Virus record (IMG/VR): IMGVR_UViG_3300020172_006270
Location: 62,001-126,000 of that record
Direction: 5' to 3' (one strand)
DNA length: 64,000 nt
Under the pieces are notes generated by a model that ran no database searches, was not told the DNA's origin, and was given only the letters and a program-made list of their open reading frames with translations. Numbering within the stretch: the stretch's first letter is position 1; every line of letters starts with the position of its first letter. This document shows, piece by piece, positions 9,591-18,371 of this stretch. Made by a program: the position numbers and the translations under genes.

Positions 9591-9811
9591 AATGCAACTC
9601 CTATTTCAGCATCTTCTGTGTTGAACATAATGTCCATTTCGTACATCAGATGTTCGCCATTGTCCCCATCGCCACCGGACTTCCAACAGAAGTAATCTCC
9701 CCCAAATTTGAAGTCGATTTCTGCTAATTTCTTAAACAGAGCGACACTTTTGGGATGATGGGGAATTCCTTGTTCCCATCGCTTTGTAATATCCGTTTCA
9801 ACTGCTGGCAT
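9587..9811 (-). CDS. hypothetical protein
   Basis: MPAVETD...WKSGGDGDNGEHLMY; sits between the lipoprotein and GSP genes. Confidence 0.65.
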   Translation of the reverse strand: MPAVETDITKRWEQGIPHHPKSVALFKKLAEIDFKFGGDYFCWKSGGDGDNGEHLMYEMDIMFNTEDAEIGVAL

Positions 9812-9812
9812 G

Positions 9813-10184
9813 TTATGCTCCCGAACCGCCAAAGGCATGACCAGAAGCGCCAAAGCCGCCACGAGCGCTGACTGATGGTGATGCTTTGAAACTTCCACCA
9901 CCGCTCCGAACGCCACTACTTGAAACTATGCCGCCACCATGCGAAGTTGTGCCGGGGTGAAACCCACCGCTATAGCCACCACCGCCGACATAACCGCCGC
10001 TGTGATGAAAATACCACCAAGGATGAATACCGCCACCAACCGGGGCCGCTTGCGGCTGACCTTCTTGGGCCGGGTCTTGCTGCGGCACATGATGCGAACA
10101 ACCATTGAGGATCAAAGAAGACGAGATCAGAACAAGTCCGACCTTCTTTGTCATCTTGTTATCCATGAATCGACTTATTGACAT
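9813..10184 (-). CDS. Gly/Ser-rich lipoprotein (YgiB/YjfM-like)
   Basis: lipobox LNGC; C-terminal SARGGFGASG motif typical of GSP-synthase partner proteins. Confidence 0.8.
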   Translation of the reverse strand: MSISRFMDNKMTKKVGLVLISSSLILNGCSHHVPQQDPAQEGQPQAAPVGGGIHPWWYFHHSGGYVGGGGYSGGFHPGTTSHGGGIVSSSGVRSGGGSFKASPSVSARGGFGASGHAFGGSGA

Positions 10185-10275
10185 GGCTCATATCCAAAAG
10201 AAAAAGTCCGACCAGACAAGCTGCAAATCGCTGCTCGCCTCTAGCCGGACCTGGGATCGGCAGCGTGTGTTTACG

Positions 10276-10494
10276 TTAGTGTACACACGAGGCGATGATG
10301 TGAGCCAGCGCCAAGAAGAATGATGCGACGACGATGGATGTTGCGAGTGGATTCCCCTTCATTTCGGCCTGGAAATCGACCTTGGGCAGAAGCCAGTCGA
10401 ACATCTTGAAGCCGCCGAGCAGCAGCACGATGCCCATGAAACCGAAAATCAACGAACCAAACACACCGATCCAAAAGTTCTCTGGCAGATTCAT
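10276..10494 (-). CDS. DUF350 (YjfL-like) small membrane protein
   Basis: two TM helices, FDWLLPKVDFQAEMKGN; context with ygiB/ygiC-like genes. Confidence 0.8.
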   Translation of the reverse strand: MNLPENFWIGVFGSLIFGFMGIVLLLGGFKMFDWLLPKVDFQAEMKGNPLATSIVVASFFLALAHIIASCVH

Positions 10495-10547
10495 CTCAAC
10501 TCCCCTGAATGTGGACTGTGGACTGAAGGTTTAGAAGCAACGAGAAG

Positions 10548-10576
10548 ATTATACCTCGATTTTGTCGGGTTGTAAA
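10548..10576 (-). promoter_or_regulatory. sigma70-type phage promoter
   Basis: TTTACA-17nt-TATAAT. Confidence 0.75.
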
Positions 10577-11184
10577 CTCGTTTTGATAAAGTCGCCCTGT
10601 CGAGGATCGTAGTAGGCAAAAAGTCTCAAATCCTTGATGGCATTCGGGTTCCATATGCACCCACTGGCACAGTCCCAGCCGTAATACCACATGGACTCAA
10701 GCCTTTTGTCCCATTGATACGGGGTAATTTCGATCCCGCCGAAAGTTTCAGCGACCTTTCCGTAGTTCATGCTGTCGAAATATCGAGTTCGACTTAGCAT
10801 TGGAGGAAGATGGAAATCGAATGTCGGAAGTCCTTCTGCCTCTCTTAGCTGCTTACGCCATTCTGGTATATCGTTGTGTGCGTCCTCGAACTTCTCGAAG
10901 TCGGGGATATTGTCGATTTTCAATATCCTGGTTTCATCCACGATCACTTCGTAGATGTATTGGTGGATTCCACCGAAATTCTCGCTGATGCACCAGTCGA
11001 TCCAGGAGTCGGCAATACCATACCAAATGCCTTTTGGTTTATGGTCGGTTACTTGTGGACGATCATAAATGTCTGCTAAAGACAACTCGGTTCTTGTCGT
11101 GTGCAAACGACGGGGCTTGCGTCGTCGAATGTATCGAGACACGAACCTTTTTGCTGCTTCATGTATGTCATCTTCACGATTCAT
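10549..11184 (-). CDS. hypothetical protein
   Basis: 211 aa; KPKGIWY and WYYGWDCASGCIW motifs. Confidence 0.75.
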   Translation of the reverse strand: MNREDDIHEAAKRFVSRYIRRRKPRRLHTTRTELSLADIYDRPQVTDHKPKGIWYGIADSWIDWCISENFGGIHQYIYEVIVDETRILKIDNIPDFEKFEDAHNDIPEWRKQLREAEGLPTFDFHLPPMLSRTRYFDSMNYGKVAETFGGIEITPYQWDKRLESMWYYGWDCASGCIWNPNAIKDLRLFAYYDPRQGDFIKTSLQPDKIEV

Positions 11185-11528
11185 CGACTTGTCCTGAAGT
11201 CTGGGGCCTCTTCAAATTCCAGAATCTCAAATCCACAATGGTAGTTGTCAACCTTATGTGGATATGTCATTTCTTTGATGACCCATCCTTTTTCTTTTAT
11301 CCACTCAATGTCACGGTCGGTCAGTTCGACACCACCGCATATCCAGTTTTTCGGAAGATTACGTTTTGCAAACTTCTTCGCAGTCAGTCCATCGTTAAAC
11401 AAAGGGACAATAGGATTCTCATCGGGGTTCGTTCTGTAAACGAATAGCGGCACCCATTTTCCTGGGACGCACTCGTTGCGAACTGCGTTGAGGTCCAATT
11501 CTCCATCCGTGCAAAGAACAGCCCACAT
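11181..11528 (-). CDS. hypothetical protein
   Basis: 115-aa ORF with ATGA overlap. Confidence 0.7.
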   Translation of the reverse strand: MWAVLCTDGELDLNAVRNECVPGKWVPLFVYRTNPDENPIVPLFNDGLTAKKFAKRNLPKNWICGGVELTDRDIEWIKEKGWVIKEMTYPHKVDNYHCGFEILEFEEAPDFRTSR

Positions 11529-11535
11529 AAATGCC

Positions 11536-11949
11536 TCACAAGGTTTTCCAATTCCCGTCCGATTCCCTTTTCAGGTAAATCACTTCCACGCCTAATGGTT
11601 TTTCTTCTTTTTTGTCGAGTTCCAACTCAGGCCAGATTCGCTTCATGATCTTAGCCCAAATGAAATACAACACCAAGGTCAGGATAACGAAGTCAATCAT
11701 GGTTCCAATAAGACGGCCCACTTCTAGGTTCATCCCAGGAAAAGGATGTGCCACCCATGTTCTCCAATCGCCGCCAGTGCCAACCACTAAGTAATTGACA
11801 AATGGCATGATGAGATAATCGGATATGCCAGATACAGCCTTTTGAAATGCTGTGGCAAGTATCAGGCCGATAGCGACTCCCAGCATATTGCGATTGAAGG
11901 CGAAGTTTTTGTATTCTTGGAACTCTTTGTTTGGATCAATAGGTATCAT
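11536..11949 (-). CDS. mscL: MscL-family mechanosensitive channel
   Basis: EYKNFAFNRNMLGVAIGLILATAFQKAVSGISDYLIMP matches the MscL S1/TM1 pattern; second TM helix present. Confidence 0.8.
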   Translation of the reverse strand: MIPIDPNKEFQEYKNFAFNRNMLGVAIGLILATAFQKAVSGISDYLIMPFVNYLVVGTGGDWRTWVAHPFPGMNLEVGRLIGTMIDFVILTLVLYFIWAKIMKRIWPELELDKKEEKPLGVEVIYLKRESDGNWKTL

Positions 11950-12555
11950 TTATTTGGGTGCTGCCTTACGAAATTTAGTTGCCAACTCATTGTATATTGG
12001 TTTGTATTTTTCTTCATAGTATGCCCACTCGTATTGTGGGTTGTGAAGAATATCAAACCAATAATGATTGGCGGCTGCGTAATCGTGGATTGCTCCCGTC
12101 TCGGCGATCTGAGCGCCAAAGTTTAGGATGCGAAGTGAGTGGAATAGGCTTTTCCAACCGATGTAGAAGTCCTTCTCTTTGTCGATCTTCTTTTTGGCTT
12201 TGACGAACGACTTAGAGGATTTCTCGCTGAGGGTGCTTCGCAATAACTTCAAGTTGATCTTGAGACGGAAGTGATTGCGACAGATTCCATCTGGAAGGAA
12301 GTAAGCCTCCAACGTATGAATCTTGTGGTCGTTTAGTTGATGTTGCCAATCTTTGTGATTGTATATGTGAATGTTCGTATCGCCGTGGCGATACTCTTCA
12401 CCAGTTTCAATTTTGCTTTGTTCGAGGATGACTGCCAAATAGTCGTGATCTGACTTTTCGCTGGCTGTCCCGTACACTCGACTCCCATAGGGGAATAGCA
12501 AAACGGCCTGATCTCTCAGGCCATAAGTTGCTTTGAATTGCTCAGTGCCGTTCAT
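11950..12555 (-). CDS. pol-beta-family nucleotidyltransferase
   Basis: YGSRVYGTASEKSDHD motif; helical C-terminus KSLFHSLRIL. Confidence 0.85.
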   Translation of the reverse strand: MNGTEQFKATYGLRDQAVLLFPYGSRVYGTASEKSDHDYLAVILEQSKIETGEEYRHGDTNIHIYNHKDWQHQLNDHKIHTLEAYFLPDGICRNHFRLKINLKLLRSTLSEKSSKSFVKAKKKIDKEKDFYIGWKSLFHSLRILNFGAQIAETGAIHDYAAANHYWFDILHNPQYEWAYYEEKYKPIYNELATKFRKAAPK

Positions 12556-13073
12556 GGGTCACTCGTTTCGTATAGCTTCAGCCAATATTCATCTGACGTG
12601 AACTCTTGTTGTTTGAGTTCATCATCTTCTTTGAAGCAATCGGGTGCCTTTAGAACTTTCTCAGTGAGATCAATACGTTCGGTGTGGCGACCGCCTAAGT
12701 GAGAGGCTTCGTAATAGACGCCCTTCTTGGTCACGTCTTCTACCAAGAGTGGTTCATCTTGGCCGACGTACATTTCATGGTCGTAATTATCGAACAACCA
12801 AAAACTGTCGCCTTCTTGAAGCTCGCTGGCGGGGATCAAAAATCGGCGTTGAGCCGCTTCGATTTTTTCCTTGGCCGATAAGACCTTTTCGCCTTTGTCG
12901 CTATATCCGTGGACTTCATATCCACCATTCGACATTTTGGCGTTCAGGTCCAACAGCTTACGCACGAGGGGTTCGGCTTCTGTTTTGATGCTTTCCCAAT
13001 GATCTGGCAAGTTCTTCTCGCCAACCATCATTTCAAACATCATGCGACCGTAATCGCCAACAGAAACTTCCAT
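12552..13073 (-). CDS. hypothetical protein
   Basis: MEVSVGDY..., starts just after the tRNA-Leu 3' end. Confidence 0.7.
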   Translation of the reverse strand: MEVSVGDYGRMMFEMMVGEKNLPDHWESIKTEAEPLVRKLLDLNAKMSNGGYEVHGYSDKGEKVLSAKEKIEAAQRRFLIPASELQEGDSFWLFDNYDHEMYVGQDEPLLVEDVTKKGVYYEASHLGGRHTERIDLTEKVLKAPDCFKEDDELKQQEFTSDEYWLKLYETSDP

Positions 13074-13075
13074 AG

Positions 13076-13159
13076 TGACCTCGGTGGGACTTGAACCCAC
13101 ACGTCCTTTCGGACACAAGTTCCTAAGACTTGAGCGTATGCCAATTTCGCCACGAGGCC
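13076..13159 (-). tRNA. tRNA-Leu(TAG), long variable arm
   Basis: cloverleaf, CAAGT-CTTAGGA-ACTTG, GGTTCAAGTCC, A73. Confidence 0.95.
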
Positions 13160-13203
13160 GTTATTTTGCGCATGAGTTCGCCAAATTTTCGTGTTCGCCA
13201 TAC

Positions 13204-13232
13204 ATTTTACCACGTTTTCGGCATCTTGTAAA
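13204..13232 (-). promoter_or_regulatory. sigma70-type phage promoter
   Basis: TTTACA-17nt-TAAAAT with CGTGG. Confidence 0.7.
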
Positions 13233-13235
13233 ACG

Positions 13236-13317
13236 TAGCCCTGGCGGGACTCGAACCCGCAATCCTTTCGGCGACAGATTTTAAGTCTGTTGTGTATACC
13301 AATTCCACCACAGGGCC
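13236..13317 (-). tRNA. tRNA-Leu(TAA), long variable arm
   Basis: ACAGA-CTTAAAA-TCTGT, GGTTCGAGTCC. Confidence 0.95.
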
Positions 13318-13319
13318 GC

Positions 13320-13508
13320 TCATTCGTCTTTATCGTCTTTGTGACAGTCGCAATGACAACCTTTGTGTTTGTTCTTGTATTCTATGTACTTCCTGTATCT
13401 GATTTTATTGTACCAGTTGGTGCCGGTCATTGTTCCTAAAATGGCAAGGATTGCTGTCACCAGGATATAACCAATTTCTAAAAAGCCACCACAAATACAA
13501 GCAATCAT
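13320..13508 (-). CDS. small membrane protein with a Cys/His tail
   Basis: RBS GAGGA, MIACICGG..., one TM helix. Confidence 0.6.
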   Translation of the reverse strand: MIACICGGFLEIGYILVTAILAILGTMTGTNWYNKIRYRKYIEYKNKHKGCHCDCHKDDKDE

Positions 13509-13533
13509 TTCACTGTTCTTTCCTCGGAGTATC

Positions 13534-13577
13534 AAAAAAATGAGCATATCACCTAAGCCTTCTTCGGTGATATGCTC
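13534..13577 (-). terminator. intrinsic terminator downstream of the rRNA-like RNA
   Basis: GAGCAUAUCACC...GGUGAUAUGCUC followed by AUUUUUUU. Confidence 0.85.
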
Positions 13578-13604
13578 CCAGGCACCAGCAATGCAATGCC
13601 GGTG

Positions 13605-13794
13605 TCGAGTGTCAGGTTGGCTCGGCCAGTGTGCTATTACGCCAAAAGGGATCGCAAACAAGGAAGGCCCAAGTTTTCTCCCTACTCTTTGAATGGACCG
13701 GATTGCTCCGGCGCTGTGGCTGCTTCTAAGCCAACATCCTGGCTGTCTTTGTTTCCCCGAAAGGCAGGTCGTACCTTACCTCTAAATCACTCGA
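13605..13794 (-). ncRNA. structured RNA containing a 23S rRNA H42-H44 (GTPase-associated centre) mimic
   Basis: AGACAGCCAGGAUGUUGGCUUAGAAGCAGCCA [20-nt insert] CCAUUCAAAGAGU [41-nt insert] GCGUAAUAGCACACUGGCCGAG, closed by UCGAGUG/CACUCGA. Confidence 0.88.
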
Positions 13795-13840
13795 TCTACC
13801 GTAGTCATTGTATTCACAATGCTTCCTACAGCGGTTTGGC

Positions 13841-14275
13841 TCACTTATCCAACTTGGCAGGCACAGTGCCTTCCTTATTGGACTTGTCGGCAGCGATCTT
13901 TGGCTCAGGAACGAGCCATCGGGTCATTGCCGTAGTCTTAGTATAGCCAAATTGCTGAATGGCAGCGTGATACCCGTCTGCATAATTGTTTTCAGCACCG
14001 CAGAGCTTCAGTGCGTCATCCCAGCCGTCTTGATACGCACCGGGGGTTTGTGGGCCACCGATGCGAATCAGGGCGGCTTTATATCCCTGATCGTAGGTGG
14101 GCTTGCCAGCAAGCTCGGAGATTTCATCCTTGAGAATACGATGCTCGGCATCGTAGATGGAGTTCACCAGCGAGAGTCGCTGATTCTCCTTCTGAATATT
14201 CCAGGTGTGCCACGTCATTGCGCCAATGCACAATGCAGAAATCCCGGCAATGGTCCATCCAGTTTTCGTACTCAT
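13841..14275 (-). CDS. hypothetical membrane-anchored protein
   Basis: N-terminal TM helix; YDQGY/YQDGW/YADGY repeats. Confidence 0.7.
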   Translation of the reverse strand: MSTKTGWTIAGISALCIGAMTWHTWNIQKENQRLSLVNSIYDAEHRILKDEISELAGKPTYDQGYKAALIRIGGPQTPGAYQDGWDDALKLCGAENNYADGYHAAIQQFGYTKTTAMTRWLVPEPKIAADKSNKEGTVPAKLDK

Positions 14276-14356
14276 TTGCAATCTTCCTTCGGGTCTTGGT
14301 TTGGAAATCAACACAAAGTCGGAGTATACAGTCATGGAAGATAAAATCAAGCCGAG

Positions 14357-14773
14357 TTAGCTTGTCTTTTTGTCGCCATCACCACGTTGACGGGCGGCGA
14401 CGTAGAAGACGTAAGAAGTCTTGCTCTGACCCATAGCCATCTTGCTGGGAGATTCGGTTTGTCGGTAGGTAACTGCAAGTTTGGTTGTCGGAGTCTCGTA
14501 GGCCAGCAGTTCTTTCATCCTGGCTAGAATTGATGCAATAAACTGAGGACTGCCTGTGAGTCGCATTCCGTCTTCGCCATATGTGGAACCCTTGTGGGTA
14601 TAGTCAATGGCTTGCATCTGAACGGGCGTATCGGGACGTAAGTTCTTCCAGTAAGCCACAATTTCGTCTTTTGTGGCTTTCCATTTGGTCGATTGCTGAG
14701 AAGGGGCCGCTTGAGGCTGTTGTGCCTGCGGCTGCATTTCTTGCGATCCCATGAATTCCTTGAACGTCATCAT
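14357..14773 (-). CDS. hypothetical protein, possible internal head protein
   Basis: MMTFKEFM..E N-terminus; TATATA-N4-ATG upstream. Confidence 0.75.
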   Translation of the reverse strand: MMTFKEFMGSQEMQPQAQQPQAAPSQQSTKWKATKDEIVAYWKNLRPDTPVQMQAIDYTHKGSTYGEDGMRLTGSPQFIASILARMKELLAYETPTTKLAVTYRQTESPSKMAMGQSKTSYVFYVAARQRGDGDKKTS

Positions 14774-14776
14774 ACC

Positions 14777-15001
14777 TTATATACCGACTTTTGATCTGAT
14801 CTTGTCGCTGTGCTTGTGGACTTTTTTGTGATCCACGCCACCTTTGCGGTATGCCTTGTTCTTTTCTTCGGAATTCTGGTCGCTACAAGCCCCAATTACC
14901 TGATAATCACTGGTATCCGTGCAGTTTCCGATATACGGACCACTGCCCATTTCCCGGAGTTTGGCTTCTCTTGTCTGCATCCAGTCTTTGAATTTAATCA
15001 T
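14777..15001 (-). CDS. hypothetical protein, possible internal head protein
   Basis: MIKFKDWM..E N-terminus; TATATA-N4-ATG upstream. Confidence 0.7.
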   Translation of the reverse strand: MIKFKDWMQTREAKLREMGSGPYIGNCTDTSDYQVIGACSDQNSEEKNKAYRKGGVDHKKVHKHSDKIRSKVGI

Positions 15002-15004
15002 GCC

Positions 15005-15724
15005 TTATATATCACTGGACAAATCTAATGCAATTCCCCACTCTCGGTTTTTATTGGCAACGTAATTTCTAGTAGTTTTCGCCTTATCCAATATTTCAGC
15101 GTTGATCCGCTGGGTTTCTTTGATGTTTTTGTTGCGAAAATTCCTTGCTCGTTCTTTTTCGTTGTGGTCAATTGCTCGGCAAAAACGGAGCGGCGTCTCT
15201 GCGTATTTCAATTTGTTGTGCATTGCTGCACGAAATTCAAAGTCTATATCATCCCAGCCCCAGCCTACGTTCATATCTTCGTTGTAGCCATTGACGCTAT
15301 AGAAGTGTTCTCGACGGACGGCGATTTTCCCACAACTGCCAGACATATTGAACATATCAAATACGGGAGCAGTCATGATGCGATCTTTATTCTGCATGAC
15401 TTCTTGGATCAACTGAACAAAGCCGTCGATCAAGAAATTGTCGGCGTCTAAATTGCAAAGAATATCGCCGGTCGCTTGGCGATGAGCAATGTTTTTGGCG
15501 TGAGATGCCTGAAAGTGTTCGGGAAGCTGAGTTCGATAGTATTTGACGGTTCCACGCTCGATCCAGGGCCGGATATTGTCACGGACCCATTCGTGCATTC
15601 CGTCTTTGCTGCCATAATTAAGCAGCACAAACTCGCAATCTGGTGCGACATGAAGGTTTATGGGCAGGGTTCTCATTAGATGATGAACCCTGCCCATGCA
15701 AGTTGTGCAAAATGATATTTTCAA
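15005..15724 (-). CDS. GT-A glycosyltransferase (GT2/GT7-like)
   Basis: NLDAD, VNGYNEDM..GWGWDD. Confidence 0.88.
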   Translation of the reverse strand: MKISFCTTCMGRVHHLMRTLPINLHVAPDCEFVLLNYGSKDGMHEWVRDNIRPWIERGTVKYYRTQLPEHFQASHAKNIAHRQATGDILCNLDADNFLIDGFVQLIQEVMQNKDRIMTAPVFDMFNMSGSCGKIAVRREHFYSVNGYNEDMNVGWGWDDIDFEFRAAMHNKLKYAETPLRFCRAIDHNEKERARNFRNKNIKETQRINAEILDKAKTTRNYVANKNREWGIALDLSSDI

Positions 15725-15725
15725 A

Positions 15726-16376
15726 TTAGCCCTTCAAGAACAAGGCCATGAATCCTCTTGATAGTGGCGAATCATAATATCCAGTACACCGAGGATGTTT
15801 GGCCAAAGCGAAAATCTTTTCTCTATATTCGCTTTGAGTTTGTGGGCTTGTCCAATCAGGAGCGGAGTCAGACCGATATGGCGAAGTATCGTGAAATACT
15901 GCAAGTTTACGCAGCGTTCCTTTGTTGAGCATAATCTCGCATTCGAGGGGTCTGATCTCAGTCAGACTATCGAAGAATCCAATATCGAATACCATATTGG
16001 ATTGTTGTAAGAATTCAAGAGAATCAACGCAATGTACTTCAGCCCATTTAAGCAAGTGTTCTTCTTCAAGAACGGTTTGCAATCGAACGCATTGGGGTGG
16101 CAGAACTTCGAGAGAATGAACCTTGCCGAAGCCATTGAGTTTGCACGCATGAGCCAGAGCAGTTGTACCGAAGCCTTCCCAGGCACCAGTTTCCAAAACC
16201 AAGTCGGGCTTCAATACTCGAATGGTTGAGTGCAGCCAATTGAGGACTTCATATTCTGTTGAGCCGCCATCGGCTACTTCAAATAAGTCTGCACGTTCCG
16301 CTGCGATGTGTGGGTGAACATCGCATTCTCTAAGAATGGGACTCCAAGCTGGTTTCCAAGTATAATCTCGTTCCAC
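15726..16376 (-). CDS. class I SAM-dependent methyltransferase
   Basis: VLETGAWEG, GFFDS, VFHDT; paralogue of the next gene. Confidence 0.85.
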   Translation of the reverse strand: MERDYTWKPAWSPILRECDVHPHIAAERADLFEVADGGSTEYEVLNWLHSTIRVLKPDLVLETGAWEGFGTTALAHACKLNGFGKVHSLEVLPPQCVRLQTVLEEEHLLKWAEVHCVDSLEFLQQSNMVFDIGFFDSLTEIRPLECEIMLNKGTLRKLAVFHDTSPYRSDSAPDWTSPQTQSEYREKIFALAKHPRCTGYYDSPLSRGFMALFLKG

Positions 16377-16377
16377 T

Positions 16378-17019
16378 TCAACCCCTTAAAAACAAAGCAA
16401 TAAATCCTCTGGATAAAGTCCACTCAAAGTAGCCAGTGCAAAGAGGATTTTTTGCCATGTCGAATATTTTGTTTCTGAATGTGTCTTGTTCTTCTTTGGT
16501 AGTATACACTGTGGTTCGAGTTGCGGCTGTGTCGTGAAACACTGCTATTTTTTTGATTATTCCACGACGCATACAAATCATGCCTTCGTCGGCTTTGATT
16601 TCAATCAAAGTATCGAAGAACCCAATATCAAATATTAGATCGGTTTCTTCTAAAAACTTCATTGAATCGCATTCGTGAACCTCAGCCCATTCACTTAACC
16701 CCTCGTCAGCAAGTCGTTGTCGAACTTGTGCGCAAGTCTCCGGGTTATGTTCAAGAGAGTGAACTTTGCCAAATCCATTTAGCTTGCAGGCGTGAGCCAA
16801 AGCAATTGTCCCCATGCCCTCCCAGGCACCAGTTTCCAAAACCACTTCAGGTTTCATGACCCTAACGGTTGCATGGAGCCAATTCAGAACTTCAAATTCG
16901 GTAGAGCTAGGATCAGCAACATCGAACAAATGTGCTTTTTCACAGGCATCATGCAGATGAATATCAGCTTCGATTTGCAATGGAGTCCATGCAGGCTTCC
17001 AAGTGTAGTCTTTTTCCAT
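16378..17019 (-). CDS. class I SAM-dependent methyltransferase
   Basis: VLETGAWEG, GFFDT, VFHDT; tandem duplicate. Confidence 0.85.
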   Translation of the reverse strand: MEKDYTWKPAWTPLQIEADIHLHDACEKAHLFDVADPSSTEFEVLNWLHATVRVMKPEVVLETGAWEGMGTIALAHACKLNGFGKVHSLEHNPETCAQVRQRLADEGLSEWAEVHECDSMKFLEETDLIFDIGFFDTLIEIKADEGMICMRRGIIKKIAVFHDTAATRTTVYTTKEEQDTFRNKIFDMAKNPLCTGYFEWTLSRGFIALFLRG

Positions 17020-17298
17020 TTAACCGCCTAAAGATATTACCGATGCTGTGACTTCTTCGCCCGCTTCTTTTTGCTTTTGGCATTCTTTGAAAACACAAAT
17101 CATGCACAAAGCCGGGACGTGAGGGTTATTGACTTTCATTGTGGTTTGGCGAGGTCCAATCCAACATCCAACTCCACAATTCTCACAGGGAATCCTACCT
17201 GAACCTGCATGTGGAACATATGGCACATCTTCCATTCCAAGTCGATCTTTGGCTTCGATTGGAATAAGTGCCAATACATTCATTCTTTGCTCGTCCAC
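17020..17298 (-). CDS. hypothetical Zn-binding protein
   Basis: CENC...CMIC. Confidence 0.65.
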   Translation of the reverse strand: MDEQRMNVLALIPIEAKDRLGMEDVPYVPHAGSGRIPCENCGVGCWIGPRQTTMKVNNPHVPALCMICVFKECQKQKEAGEEVTASVISLGG

Positions 17299-17316
17299 GA
17301 TTATTTCCTTCTTGGA

Positions 17317-17550
17317 TTATATATCGCCCCGGCGAATGATCCCGGATTTCATCAGCGATGGAACGTCATTGGGATTAAGACCATGTAATTCTTTGTAGTG
17401 CCTTTGCACCAAGTATCTTTCAACACCAATGCTGAAAGGCATCCATTCACCAAGTTCAGCGGACAGTTTGGTGATTTCCGCTTCTTTGTTTTTGTCCCGA
17501 TAGTGCAGGGGAAGGCCACAAGCACAGCGTTTGACTTGATTTCTACTCAT
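17317..17550 (-). CDS. hypothetical protein
   Basis: MSRNQVKRCACGLPLHY. Confidence 0.6.
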   Translation of the reverse strand: MSRNQVKRCACGLPLHYRDKNKEAEITKLSAELGEWMPFSIGVERYLVQRHYKELHGLNPNDVPSLMKSGIIRRGDI

Positions 17551-17914
17551 CGAACTGCCCTTTTGGAATTGGTCCATATTGTCTTGCCATGCACGCTCTG
17601 AGGTATCGTCTTGTAAGACGTTCAAGGCTTGGCAAATACATGGTGATGAAAGCCTGTCGCAGTTCGCTGATTTCTTTTTTGCCGGGGTTGAAGCCTTTGG
17701 GTCGAAGGTATCCTGATATGCTCACGCCTGTTGGCCGGTGTATCAGAAATACCGCTCGCAACTTTTTGTGTTTTTCGTTTTTGTCTGACCGGACGCAGAC
17801 TTCTCCTGGTCGTATTTTGAATTTTCCAAAAGAATAATCCGACACGCATCTTTGAAGCACGCTGTTGTCAATGTGCATTGATTCTCGAACTTGCGTGGCG
17901 TTAGGTTTTCGCAT
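17543..17914 (-). CDS. hypothetical protein
   Basis: overlap-coupled ORF; AVFLIHRPTGVSI weakly recalls the RF-1 domain but has no GGQ. Confidence 0.55.
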   Translation of the reverse strand: MRKPNATQVRESMHIDNSVLQRCVSDYSFGKFKIRPGEVCVRSDKNEKHKKLRAVFLIHRPTGVSISGYLRPKGFNPGKKEISELRQAFITMYLPSLERLTRRYLRACMARQYGPIPKGQFDE

Positions 17915-18086
17915 TGGCTTTTTGTTTCCAACAGACTGCGTGGTAAATGGCAGGCAATCCATCTATCGCTATGATTTCTGGATCGAGGACATATTTGCGG
18001 TTGATCTTGAGTGCATGGCCGCACTTACGACATTGCCGATTCTTATGCTTGCAATTTTTCGTGACTTTGTATTCGGGTCGCATCAT
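17901..18086 (-). CDS. hypothetical Cys-rich small protein
   Basis: CRKCG...YHAVC. Confidence 0.55.
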   Translation of the reverse strand: MMRPEYKVTKNCKHKNRQCRKCGHALKINRKYVLDPEIIAIDGLPAIYHAVCWKQKANAKT

Positions 18087-18361
18087 CGTTCCTCGATGTC
18101 GGTTCCCCAAAAACCAAATCGGAACCAGAAGGTCTTGCCGTCTTCGACTTGGACTTTATAGATGCGACAATTTTTGCTATGCCAGAACGGTCCAATATCG
18201 AAATGGTGTCGATCTATGCTGGAAACAACATGCTTGTTCGTCGCAGCCCAGGTATTTATTTCCTTTCGGTCGCTGGATTCCTGCGCAGGCAGAATTATGA
18301 GTGCCAATAGCAAAAACACAACAACGACGACAGCCAAAATCTTCTTTTCCATGATCTCCAT
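18083..18361 (-). CDS. hypothetical membrane-anchored protein
   Basis: N-terminal hydrophobic helix. Confidence 0.65.
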   Translation of the reverse strand: MEIMEKKILAVVVVVFLLLALIILPAQESSDRKEINTWAATNKHVVSSIDRHHFDIGPFWHSKNCRIYKVQVEDGKTFWFRFGFWGTDIEER

Positions 18362-18371
18362 CCATAAACGA

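Noticed and set aside
13621-13748. A real rRNA gene or host contamination
   Set aside because: Only about 65 nt are rRNA-like, interrupted by inserts and embedded among phage genes.
13320-13946. ORFs 13320..13661 (long form) and 13572..13946
   Set aside because: They run across the structured rRNA-like RNA and its terminator. Only 13320..13508 has an RBS.
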